DNA of 64,000 nucleotides from Macrostomum lignano. Lineage: Eukaryota. This document shows positions 21,077 through 33,600 of this stretch, piece by piece. Positions within the stretch are counted from its first letter, which is position 1; every line of letters starts with the position of its first letter. The stretch lies in contig NIVC01000377.1 of assembly GCA_002269645.1 (NCBI GenBank), positions 18,623 to 82,622 of the forward strand. Direction: 5' to 3'. The translations under genes and the position numbers were made by a program. The notes beneath the pieces are model-generated. The model was given only the letters and a program-made list of their open reading frames with translations. It made no database searches and was not told the origin of the DNA.

Positions 21077-24000
21077 ATGTCCGACGAAGCCGAAGAGCAA
21101 CAGTGAGTTTTTTGTTCTATCAATCATTCTTTGCCATTCGCATATATTTACCCGTTGCTAAAGGACTCAAGTGTGGTACATACGGGGGTGTCGGAGCAGC
21201 TTCGTGGTTCCATTCGACCTGCTCCTGTAGACCTGAGGGGTTTGGTGTGTGATTCACGTCCAGCCGCCGCTGCACACCCTGTGTTAGGATGCACCTGCTT
21301 ATGCATCCGTGTGCGTGTTCGGGAGTCGAGCCCAGGACGCGTTACTGCTCCGCTCTCACCCTTGCAAGATGCACTATTTCAGACTACTTATATTTAAGCC
21401 ATAGACAGAAAACGGGACGTCAAATTTACTCAAGTTCTGCTGCGCTTCCATTGACAGAGAGGAGCAGCCGACCACGGAGGAGGAGCCGCAGGCGTCTGCG
21501 TCATCCGCTGCGCCGGCCGATAAGCCGAGACCAGTTTTCGGCGGCGAGTGAGTCGCAATTTCCTTGGGGTTAATCCGCTTCTAGAAGCAATGAAACTGCT
21601 TAAAATGCTAAGATATTGACTTCAAATAGGCTTCGGTTAAAGCCTACAAAATGGAATTATAAAAACATGATTTTTCAGGGAAGATAGCGGACGAAACGAG
21701 GCCCAAATTCGGATGGAGGTGAGCTGATAACGATGAACAGTTTTCCTACTGATCTATGAACATTGAGCTCGCCAATTTCTAATAGAAAATTAATTTTCAA
21801 TAACAGGAGGAGAAGAAGAAACGCATGGCCAAGATAGAGGAGGAGATGAAGGAGTACGAGGAGATGCGCAAAGAGGAGCGAGAGAAACTGCAGGCTGAGA
21901 TTGCTGATCTGCGCTCCAAGAGGGTGAGCTGTCTTTTACAAGTCTTTACAGGTGCCATCTACGGTAAAAAAATGCAGCCATGTGTCAAGCCAAAACTGTC
22001 TTTTTCTTGCAGGAGCAACGCAAAAAGGAGCGAGCCGAAGAGGAGAAGCGCCTGGCTGAAATGCGGGCAGTTGAGGAGCAGAAGAGACGCGCTGAAGAGG
22101 TTTGCATTTTCTATGGTGTCTGCGGATGTACATTGCTTATGGGCTGTAAAATTGGGGTAGGGATAATGCCTCAATTGGGGTAAGAGTTGGGCCTCAATAA
22201 AATTGGGGTAGGAGTGGTGCCTCAATGAAATTGGGGTAAGAGTTGGGCCTCAATGAAACTGGGGTAAGAGTTGGGCCTCAATGAAACTGGGGTAAGGGTT
22301 GGGCCTCAATGAAATTGGGGTAAGAGTTAGGCGTCAATGAAATTGGGGTAAGAGTTGGGCCTCAATGAAATTGGGGTAAGAGTTGGGCCTCAATGAAATT
22401 GGGGTAAGAGTTGGGCCTCAATGAAATTGGGGTAAGAGTTGGGCCTCAATGAAATTGGGGTAAGAGTTGGGCCTCAATGAAATTGAGGTAGGAGTGGTGC
22501 CTCAATAAAATTGAGGTAGGGGTGGTGCTTTAATGCAATCGGGGGTAGAAATGAGGGCTCAACTAATAAGGCAGACTGTGGTAGCTTGAAAGTGATCTTG
22601 ACCCAGAAGCAAGCTGCTACCAATCCCCCCCCCACAGGAGGAGCGGCAGCGTCGCAAGCGAGAGGAAGAGGCGGTGCGCAAGGAGGAGCGGGAGAGGCGC
22701 AAGCGCGAAGCGGAGGAGCGGCTGAAAACGGAGAGCCAGCGGAACTTCACCATCAGCAAGAAGTCAGGCGGGGAGGTAGGTGCAGCTTCTACTGCTAGCA
22801 GTTGACTTGCTGCTATGCATTGAAGTTTAATACAAAAAAGGTTTACGCTGGTAGTTAAATAATTGTTTATGACTTGGAAATACATTTTCGATAATTCATT
22901 TTAATGCTTTCACACTTTTACAGCATGAGACTCAGGTAAACAGATTAAATATGCTTGCTCCCTGTTAAATTCGGCTTGCTATTCGGAGTGCTATTCAGAT
23001 ATGTACTTTTAACTCACCGCGATTGTTATTCAATACTGTAGACGAAATTATATGCCATATAGTAGATTTCATTGAAATTGCACCAAAGAATTTCCTCAAA
23101 TGGTGGCAGGCACGATGGCAAGATATTATTCTGGTGGCTGGTTGTGGATAAGGAAAATTTGCTTTCTATACTCGTACGGCGTATCACGAATAACCGGACA
23201 AACAATAATTTAGATTGCTTGACTTGACTTTTACAACGGAACAATCAATTCTTTATTCCTGCTATTCCATGTCTCCTATACTACTTGAAGTAGCTGGTGA
23301 AATTCTGTCATCTCCGACTGTGGACTCTCTCCCCTGTCAAATGAATGTACATCTTTGGTGGGGGATTCTATACCCCTGTCAACTGAATGTACATCTTTGG
23401 TTGGGGGATTCTCTACCCCTGTCAACTGAATGTACATCTTTGGTTGGGGGATTCTTTACCCCTGTCAACTGAATGTACATCTTTGGTTGGGGGATTCTCT
23501 ACCCTTCTCAAATGAATGTACATCTTTGGTTGGGGATTCTCTACCCTTGTCAAATGAATGTACATCTTTGGTGGGGGATTCTCTACCCCTATCAAATGGA
23601 TGTACACCTCCGGTGAGGGATTCTCTACCCCTATCAAATGAATGTACATCTCCGGTGGGGGGTTCTCTAGTCCAAGTACGAGTAGTTTGGTAGTGGTAAA
23701 GGTCATGCACACATGCTATTTACTAGTATGTATCAAATAAATTAACCTAACATTATCGTCAAAGAATGAATGCACGCTATCAGCTTGAAAAAAGATTTGC
23801 AGCTTAAATTTAATCTATAGCAAGACAATGATTAACTTCTCAGACTCAGACCAGTCGGCCTCATTATTAACTACCCCCTCCCTTAGGCTGGCATCGGGGG
23901 TCTGGACGAATCGAAGGAGGGCAAAAGCAAGGAGCAGCTGGACGCGGAGAAGAAGGCCACGCTGGAGCAGCGAGTGCAGCCGCTGAAAATTGACGGCTTC

Positions 24001-24986
24001 AGCGAGCAGCAGCTGCAGGAGAAGGCCAAGGAGCTGTTCAAGCGAATCTACGACTTAGAAGGCGATAAGTACGATCTTGAGCAGCGGTTCAAGACGCAGA
24101 ACATGGAGGTGAGGCGCAGCCTCTGATTCATATTTGTCATATTCTATTTTTCACTTTTCTGTGGCAAAATTTCAGAATTGGACTTGATTCAATTTCAGAT
24201 TGTCGAGCTGTCGGAGCGAGCCCGGCAAATGCAGAAGGGGTTAGTATCCTTTGACAATTACCGCCTTTGACAGTTACCGCCTTTAATAGTTACCGCCTTT
24301 GATAGTTACCGCCTTTGATAGTTACCGCCTTTGATAGTTACCGCCTTTGATAGTTACCGCCTTTGATAGTTACCACCTTTGATAGTTACCGCCTTTGATA
24401 GTTACCGCCTTTGATAGTTACCGCCTTTGATAGTTACCGCCTTTGATAGTTACCGCCTTTAATAGTTACCGCCTTTGATAGTTACCGCTTTTGATAGTTA
24501 CCGCCTTTGATAGTTACCGCTTTTGATAGTTACCGCCTTTGATAGTTACCGCCTTTGATAGTTACCGCCTTTGATAGTTACCGCCTTTGATAGTTACCGC
24601 CTTTGACAGTTACCGTCTTTGATAGTTACCGTCTTTGATAGTTACCGCCTTTGATAGTTACCGCCTTTGATAGACCTTTGATAGACCTTTGATAGATTAC
24701 AAGTTATCACGTCTCTTCATTACAGAGGCCAAAAAGGATCGAGCAGCAAGGTGCAGACTGCTCCGTAAGTGTAAAAAGGAATTAAAAATACTGAACTTTT
24801 GTTTTATATTTAAAGATACAAAATATTACTTATTTTTTATTCTACAACTATTTGTAGTGACCCCCTTGCCGAGAAGCTTAGCGGAATTCCGGTACGTCCG
24901 TTGACTGTGAAAATTAGATAAATCATAATATATTATATAGATTGATAGATTGAAAGACACACAGACAGAGAGACAGACAGACAGTC

Positions 24987-25051
<65 letters not shown>

Positions 25052-25358
25052 GACAGACAGACAGAGACAGACAGACAGTCAGACACTCAGCTAACTGTCC
25101 CGCTGTCTCGCCCTCCAGCCCAAGATCATCATGTACAGCCAATACGAGCGAGTGAAGGACCATCGTGGCTTCGACGAGCGCCAGGAGCTGTACAAAGGCC
25201 CGCAGTACGGCGTTGAGTACCAGCGCATCAAGCCGACGAGCAAAGTGATCATCACCGACCAGGGGCCGCGGGTTATCGGCTCCGCCGAGGACGGCAACCA
25301 CGAAGACGGTGGCGCCGAGGCGGCGCAGCCAGCTGAAGCGGAGGCCGCGGCGGAGTGA
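21077..25358 (+). CDS. TNNT: Troponin T (invertebrate type), ~357 aa
   Basis: Exons 21077-21102, 21458-21547, 21679-21718, 21807-21923, 22013-22099, 22638-22775, (22924-22935 optional), 23887-24108, 24199-24239, 24726-24764, 24858-24891, 25119-25358; all GT-AG and phase-consistent. Acidic N-terminus and Glu/Arg/Lys helix ([24 protein letters not shown]). TnT motifs: NFTISKK; [21 protein letters not shown]; [25 protein letters not shown]; [18 protein letters not shown]. Confidence 0.93.
22160..22530. repeat. 28-bp minisatellite in a TnT intron
   Basis: aattggggtaagagttgggcctcaatga repeats. Confidence 0.9.
23320..23665. repeat. 42-43-bp minisatellite in a TnT intron
   Basis: ctctacccctgtcaactgaatgtacatctttggttgggggatt repeats. 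Confidence 0.9.
24250..24690. repeat. 16-bp minisatellite (gatagttaccgccttt)n
   Basis: Direct reading, ~26 copies. Confidence 0.92.
24955..25085. repeat. (GACA)n microsatellite
   Basis: Direct reading. Confidence 0.92.
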
Positions 25359-26749
25359 TCGCCGATCTAGCTTTTTTGTCATCGGCTTTTCTACAACTGT
25401 AGGCCAGAGTGAGTTCACTGCTCGAGTCCGGCCTACTGATGGCATAGCAGGCTTGAGCAGGGGAATTGAAAAACTCTCACCAATCAACCTTACACCGTCA
25501 CGCGTGCCCGCCTCCCCACTGTTGTTCGCTGCTGCACTTGTAAATCTATTAGCGACTTGGCTGCAATTATCATAATCTGCAGCCCTGGTGATTTGTTAGG
25601 TTTTGTAGGAGAGGCATCAATGCTAGGCCAGAGCCTCGTGAACTGCCTTATTGTACAGTTTTTGCTTCATCAAGACTCGTCAAAATCGAATGTGTGCCCA
25701 TTTGTATGCACTAAATTCAACAGTTCTTTATTTAAAATCTATTTAAAAATTGTAGGATTATAACAAAAAAGTGCATTCAGCCATCTAGTACTCTCGATTA
25801 GTTGAAATATATTTCACATAATTATTTCTCTGTACTTTGATCGCTCGCCTACCTCGCTTCTTATCAGTAAGATTGAAAATTTAATTAGTTAATTGCAATC
25901 ATAGCCAAGGACGTTTATGGGTCAATAGTGATCAAGGAAAGTTACAAGGACTTTTAGAGCTAGACTGGGCATACGTTACTGTCTGGTGTGAAATTCAATT
26001 TATTGAAGCCCCACTTCTAGCTGCACTTTTAACTGCCTATTTAACACATTTTTTGCTGAGGTGGTGCGAATATTTTCTTTGTGAAAGATAGTTAAATTTT
26101 GCTTTCTGTTGCCTCCAAACGTAGCGGAAACATGTTTTATCATTACTCGACTAAGTGGCTTTTTACTCTAGGCATTACTCCGAATTCAGCATTCATAAAT
26201 ATAGTCTGCATCTATGTGTATTGATTGACATTTAGCAATAGATCATAGGGTTAGTCAACTATTCAATCAAGCTTTTAAACCGTTTTGTTTCTGTGTACAC
26301 TATAAATATGTACACAGTGTTTTTAAACGCGCTGTTTATTTATTAGTCAAATATATATATTTATATACAATTCATATTTATACAATTCATATTTATTACT
26401 GAATAGCAATAATCGCTTGTGCCGCCGAAATGCTAACACAATCAATCTATGCAGTTGTGTCCATCATACTGTCTGTTTCGTTTTGTATATTTAACTAAAC
26501 AAACAATGGCTCCTTGATTGCAAGAACAGCACTTGCAAATAATGGCTCATCAACTCTTCTTAGTAGCAAGATTAGCGTTTTCGCCCATATAAAGTAAAAT
26601 TTAGAATTTATTTAATAGAAGTAATATTAGAAATTCTAACATTTATGAGCTTTTTAAAGTTTTACAAGCTGCAAGAATTGTCTCCCGCTTTCAACAAGCA
26701 GATCCATTAAATTTGCATCTGAATCCTGTTTGAAGCTGCATGTATAGCG

Positions 26750-27040
26750 AACAAGAAAGAAAAGGTGTGGTGCCCCAGCCCCAGTCAGGCCGATAAACAG
26801 TTTGGCTTTCATCTTGCCCGCTCGTGTCTGATTTTGATCTCTCTCCCTACTTCTCTCTCATTGGCTGAGCTAGATCAGGCCTGCCCCTAGTCTCTCCCTA
26901 CTGCTCTCTCATTGGCTGTGCTAGATTGGGCCTGCCACTAGTCTCTCCCTACTGCTCTCTCATTGGCTGTGCTAGATTGGGCCTGCCACTAGTCTCTCCC
27001 TACTGCTCTCTCATTGGCTGTGCTAGATTGGGCCTGCTCC
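26750..27040 (-). mobile_element. Interspersed element with ~50-bp CCAAT-containing tandem units, copy 1
   Basis: gtggtgccccagccccagtcaggccgataaacagtttggctttc plus three to four units; reverse complement recurs at 60040-60290. Confidence 0.65.
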
Positions 27041-27647
27041 TAGGTTGAGTTTCGTCCATCTTACGTTCACTTGTGTTATGTGTACATCGATTTATTTTTT
27101 TGTTCATTCTTAATCCCATATGCTGCTGAGGCCGCAAACCCCGAGGAAGGAAAGGGAAAGGAATTTTTGCTGCCACATTGAATTTAAGTGACACTGTGCA
27201 GGCAAACTACTAAAAAAGAGTAGACAATCTGCTTTTTTGTTTATTTACGAGTGGCATATCTAGGTATTTTAGTATCTGTACAAAATAGGGAGATCCAGAG
27301 GTAAATGTGAATAAATTTTAAATTTCATATCGATTTTTTAGATTTAAAGACACATTACACCAAGCAGATAGCATACACTGAGGAACCATACAGAATTACA
27401 AAATGTCATCATTAAATGATTAATAGCAAGAAAAGAATAACAAACTGTACACAAAGATTGTCCGGCAATGCTACTACAGCTCGTGAACAGTAGTGTAGTG
27501 TGAGGCATTCATTATAAAATAGTGACAAACAAAGCAATTGCATATCAATTTAAGAAATAGTATGCATATATAGCCTTATGAAAACAGTTAGATCACAATA
27601 AATGAATCCTGGTCATACGTAAACTAGGTCTTAGTCAGATCAGCCAG

Positions 27648-30600
27648 TCAGTCAGACTCCAGCGGCTTAGCTGGGCAGTCCCCACAGGCGATGCCGCTGT
27701 CTTGTGACCGGCCAGCCGCTTGCCGCAGGCGCAGGTTCTCCCTGCGCAGGCCGTCGAGCTGCTCGCGCATGTCGGCTCGCTCCACCAGCAGCTGCTGGCG
27801 CCACTGCTTGGCAGCGGAGTCAGCGTCCGCCAGCCGCAGCTCGCAGACCTGCCGCACCGACCGCAGCTCCGCCTCGGCGGCCACTCGGCGGTCCCGCTCG
27901 GCGTCGCAGCGGACCCGCAGCTGGCCCAGCTGGTCAAGGAGCCGCTGGCAGCGCCGCTCAGATTGCAGCAGCTGCTCATCCGGCACCGCCGCTGCGGCCG
28001 TGGCCGATGACGTCATCAGGCTCTCGGAGCTGCGTCGTCGGCGCTCCGGCTGAGCCAGCTGGTGGGCGCTCTTCGACTTCTGCACGGCTGCGGCTTCGGC
28101 TGCCGAAGCGGCGTCTCCGTCGGCGTTTTCGTAGTAGCCAGCGTCTCGCGAGCGACCGCGGCCGCCGCCGGAGCTGCGAGAGAACATCAGCAGGCGCTTG
28201 AAGCCGCTGCCTCCGCTGCCACCGCCGCTGCCGGTTTGGTCGGCGAGGTTCGCTGACTTCCACTTCTTGGAGCGGAAGAAGCCCAGCCGTCGCGACGACT
28301 TCCTGGTGAGCGCCCCGCCGCCGGGACTGCCGCCGCCTCCGCCCCCGTCAGCCGGTTGCAGCGGCGGCGGAGTTGTCGTGGAGGAAGACGACGAAATCTC
28401 AAAGGCGCCTGCACCACCTGAGCGATGATCGCCGAATGGTTCGAGGTCAGCTGAGGACACGCCGGAGCTGAAGCTCTGATCTGCAAGCGGCGTGTGTTGT
28501 TTTTTCTAAACAATGTCGTCTGTTTGGTTTTGTGGAATGCACTGCCATTTTCATACTGGCGGCGCAGGGCCCGCAACTTACCGTACTTGGCGCTCAGGTA
28601 GCTGCGAAAGTCGATCAGGCTGCGCAATTGTTTTCCAATCTCTGCTGCCGAGATTCTGAGCTGCGGCATCTAAAATTGGAATGAGTTTCAGTGATGCAAC
28701 TACAGTTTGACAACCAATTTTGATTGATGGAGTGTGTTTAAGCTGTTGTTTTCACTGAACCATGACCTTAGCATGACCCTAGCATGACTCTAGCATGACT
28801 CTAGCATGACCCTAGCATGACTCTAGCATGACTCTAGCATGACTCTAGCATGACCCTAGCATGACTCTAGCATGACTCTAGCATGACTCTAGCATGACTT
28901 TAGCATGGCTCTAGCATGACCCTAGCATGGCTCTAGCATGACCCTAGCATGACTCTAGCATGACCCTGGCATGACCCTAGCATGACTCTAGCATGACTCT
29001 AGCATGACCCTAGCATGACTCTAGCATGACTCTAGCATGACTTTAGCATGGCTCTAGCATGACCCTAGCATGGCTCTAGCATGACCCTAGCATGACTCTA
29101 GCATGACCCTGGCATGACTCTAGCATGACTCTAGCATTCCATCTGGACTTAGACTCTCAGCGTCAAAATCTGACAAAGACTACACCTGTCTAATTATCAG
29201 TATGTGACAAAGACTACACCTGTCTAATTATCAGTATGTGACAAAGACTACACTTCTCTATGAATGAGCAGAGGCAGAGAAACGGCAGCTTACGCTGTGC
29301 AGGCAGGATCGAATCAGATGGTCCAACGCCGCTGTGAGCTCTTTAGGCAGCAGCGGGGAGCTGAGCATGAGCGGGGGCGGCTGAGCACCTGCTGAGCAGT
29401 CGCTGGGCTGGCGGCCGTGAGAGAACAAAGACCAGACCAGCAGGCCGAGCGCCCAGACATCCGACGCGCAGGTGGGCAGCTGCCTGGCGCCACTCGCGAT
29501 CTCCGGACACAGAGGCGCCACTCGGCAGTACTTGCGCCACATCAGATGAACCAGAGGTCGCGGGCTCGAATCCTCGAATCGGGCGAACTCCAAGCCGGAG
29601 ACTTTCACGGTGAATCTGTCGGATCGTTCTAGCAGGCAGTTGTCCAGGACCTGTCGAGTCAATTCGGGGGTAGACATTCGGTTTATACTACTTAACGCTA
29701 TTCGTGAGATTTAGCTTTTAACTTTTATTAAAGTGAATTACATACAAATATTCAGATCTGGTCAAACTAAATGCTTTCCTTCAATCATTGTCATATCATA
29801 TTTTATTTTGAGTTCTAATTTTGTCAAAAATGAGGTCAGAATCAGAATCAGAAACTGCTCATTGGGTCATTTCATAGACGGTCAAAGATCAGGGTCATAA
29901 ATCAAGGGTCATAGTTAAGAGGGTCAAAGTCCGAAGGGTTATGGATCAGAGGGTCATAGATTAGAGGGTCATAGATTAGAGGGTCATAGATTAGAGGGTC
30001 AAAGATTAGAGAGTCATAGGTTAGAGTGTCATAGATTAGAGTGTCATAGATTAGAGTGTCATAGATTAGAGTGTCATAGATTAGAGGGTCATAGATTAGA
30101 GGATTATAAATTAGAGGATTATAAATTAGAGGGTCATAGATTAGAGGGTCAAAGATAGAGGGTCATAGATTAGAGGTTTATAAATTAGAGGGTCATAGAC
30201 TAGAGGGTCAAAGATAGAGGGTCATAGATCAGAGGGTCGTAGATCAGAGGGTCGTAGATTAGAGGGTCATAGATCAGAGGGTCAAAGATTAGAGGGTCAT
30301 AGATTAGAGGGGCATAGATTAGAGGGCCATAGATTAGAGGATTATAAATTAGAGGGTCATAGATCAGAGGGTCATAGATCAGAGGGTCATAGATTAGAGG
30401 GGCATAGATTAGAGGGTCATAGATTAGAGGATTATAAATTAGAGGGTCATAGATCAGAGGGTCATAGATCAGAGGGTCATAGATTAGAGGGGCATAGATT
30501 AGAGGGTCATAGATCAGAGGGTCAAAGATTAGAGGGTCATAGATTAGAGGGGCATAGATTAGAGGGCCATAGATTAGAGGATTATAAATTAGAGGGTCAT

Positions 30601-33600
30601 AGATCAGAGGGTCATAGATCAGAGGGTCATAGATTAGAGGGGCATAGATTAGAGGGTCATAGATTAGAGGATTATAAATTAGAGGGTCATAGATCAGAGG
30701 GTCATAGATCAGAGGGTCATAGATTAGAGGGGCATAGATTAGGTCATAATCAGAATATTATTATTCAAAGGAAGTGGATCATAGCTTATATGAGGTCATA
30801 GCTCAGAAAGTCATAGCTCAGACGAGGGGACAACTCATTAAGGGTCACTAAGTGCAGATTAGTGCTTAGCTTGGCACTGATGGGAGCAAACAATACAATA
30901 GCTGCAATTCACCAGCTCGTTGTGCACGACGCCCTTTCTGTGCAGGTAGGCGGAGGCGTTGGCCACCTGGCCGCCGAAGCTGATTAGGATTTCCCAGTCT
31001 CTCAGCAGCCGTTCGCCCTGCTTGTGCAGGAATTGACGCAAACTGCCGCAGTTGATGTGCTCGGTGATGAGGCAGTAGCCGGACATTGGGTGGCCGGGCG
31101 TGTGGTGCAGGCCCAGCAGCTTGATGAGGTTGGCGTGGTCCAGCAGCCTTTGGTGGGTGTTAGAAATGTTCCATTTTTGACAGGGTTTTACAAATCAATT
31201 TTGAAGTATGGCTCACTCTGGGTGCACCGCTACTAATAGAAAAGTTGTTGCATGATTGAGTCTGTTCTGTAAGCATGTAGGCTGTTCTGTAAGCATGTAG
31301 GCTGTTCTGTAAGCATGTAGGCTGTTCTGTAAGCATGTAGGCTGTTCTGTAAGCATGTAGGCTGTTCTGTAAGCATGTAGGCTGTTCTGTAAGCATGTAG
31401 GCTGTTCTGTAAGCATGTAGGCTGTTCTGTAAGCATGTAGGCTGTTCTGTAAGCATGTAGGCTGTTCTGTAAGCATGTAGGCTGTTCTGTAAGCATGTAG
31501 GCTGTTCTGTAAGCATGTAGGCTGTTCTGTAAGCATGTAGGCTGTTCTGTAAGCATGTAGGCTGTTCTGTAAGCATGTAGGCTGTTCTGTAAGCATGTAG
31601 GCTGTTCTGTAAGCATGTAGGCTGTTCTGTAAGCATGTAGGCTGTTCTGTAAGCATGTAGGCTGTTCTGTAAGCATGTAGGCTGTTCTGTAAGCATGTAG
31701 GCTGTTCTGTAAGCATGTAGGCTGTTCTGTAAGCATGTAGGCTGTTCTGTAAGCATGTAGGCTGTTCTGTAAGCATGTAGGCTGTTCTGTAAGCATGTAG
31801 GCTGTTCTGTAAGCATGTAGGCTGTTCTGTAAGCATGTAGGCTGTTCTGTAAGCATGTAGGCTGTTCTGTAGGCATGTAGGCTGTTCTGTAAGCATGTAG
31901 GCTGTTCTGTAAGCATGTAGGCTGTTCTGTAAGCATGTAGGCTGTTCTGTAAGCATGTAGGCTGTTCTGTAAGCATGTAGGCTGTTCTGTAAGCATGTAG
32001 GCTGTTCTGTAAGCATGTAGGCTGTTCTGTAAGCATGTAGGCTGTTCTGTAAGCATGTAGGCTGTTCTGTAAGCATGTAGGCTGTTCTGTAAGCATGTAG
32101 GCTGTTCTGTAAGCATGTAGGCTGTTCTGTAAGCATGTAGGCTGTTCTGTAAGCATGTAGGCTGTTCTGTAAGCATGTAGGCTGTTCTGTAAGCATGTAG
32201 GCTGTTCTGTAAGCATGTAGGCTGTTCTGTAAGCATGTAGGCTGTTCTGTAAGCATGTAGGCTGTTCTGTAAGCATGTAGGCTGTTCTGTAAGCATGTAG
32301 GCTGTTCTGTAAGCATGTAGGCTGTTCTGTAAGCATGTAGGCTGTTCTGTAAGCATGTAGGCTGTTCTGTAAGCATGTAGGCTGTTCTGTAAGCATGTAG
32401 GCTGTTCTGTAAGCATGTAGGCTGTTCTGTAAGCATGTAGGCTGTTCTGTAAGCATGTAGGCTGTTCTGTAAGCATGTAGGCTGTTCTGTAGCATGTAGG
32501 CTGTTCTGTAAGCATCTAAGCTGTTCTGTAAGCATGTAGGCTGTTCTGTAAGCATGTAGGCTGTTCTGTAAGCATGTAGGCTGTTCTGTAAGCATGTAGG
32601 CTGTTCTGTAAGCATGTAGGCTGTTCTGTAAGCATGTAGGCTGTTCTGTAAGCATGTAGGCTGTTCTGTAAGCATGTAGGCTGTTCTGTAAGCATGTAGG
32701 CTGTTCTGTAAGCATGTAGGCTGTTCTGTAAGCATGTAGGCTGTTCTGTAAGCATGTAGGCTGTTCTGTAAGCATGTAGGCTGTTCTGTAAGCATGTAGG
32801 CTGTTCTGTAAGCATGTAGGCTGTTCTGTAAGCATGTAGGCTGTTCTGTAAGCATGTAGGCTGTTCTGTAAGCATGTAGGCTGTTCTGTAAGCATGTAGG
32901 CTGTTCTGTAAGCATGTAGGCTGTTCTGTAAGCATGTAGGCTGTTCTGTAAGCATGTAGGCTGTTCTGTAAGCATGTAGGCTGTTCTGTAAGCATGTAGG
33001 CTGTTCTGTAAGCATGTAGGCTGTTCTGTAAGCATGTAGGCTGTTCTGTAAGCATGTAGGCTGTTCTGTAAGCATGTAGGCTGTTCTGTAAGCATGTAGG
33101 CTGTTCTGTAAGCATGTAGGCTGTTCTGTAAGCATGTAGGCTGTTCTGTAAGCATGTAGGCTGTTCTGTAAGCATGTAGGCTGTTCTGTAAGCATGTAGG
33201 CTGTTCTGTAAGCATGTAGGCTGTTCTGTAAGCATGTAGGCTGTTCTGTAAGCATGTAGGCTGTTCTGTAAGCATGTAGGCTGTTCTGTAAGCATGTAGG
33301 CTGTTCTGTAAGCATGTAGGCTGTTCTGTAAGCATGTAGGCTGTTCTGTAAGCATGTAGGCTGTTCTGTAAGCATGTAGGCTGTTCTGTAAGCATGTAGG
33401 CTGTTCTGTAAGCATGTAGGCTGTTCTGTAAGCATGTAGGCTGTTCTGTAAGCATGTAGGCTGTTCTGTAAGCATGTAGGCTGTTCTGTAAGCATGTAGG
33501 CTGTTCTGTAAGCATGTAGGCTGTTCTGTAAGCATGTAGGCTGTTCTGTAAGCATGTAGGCTGTTCTGTAAGCATGTAGGCTGTTCTGTAAGCATGTAGG

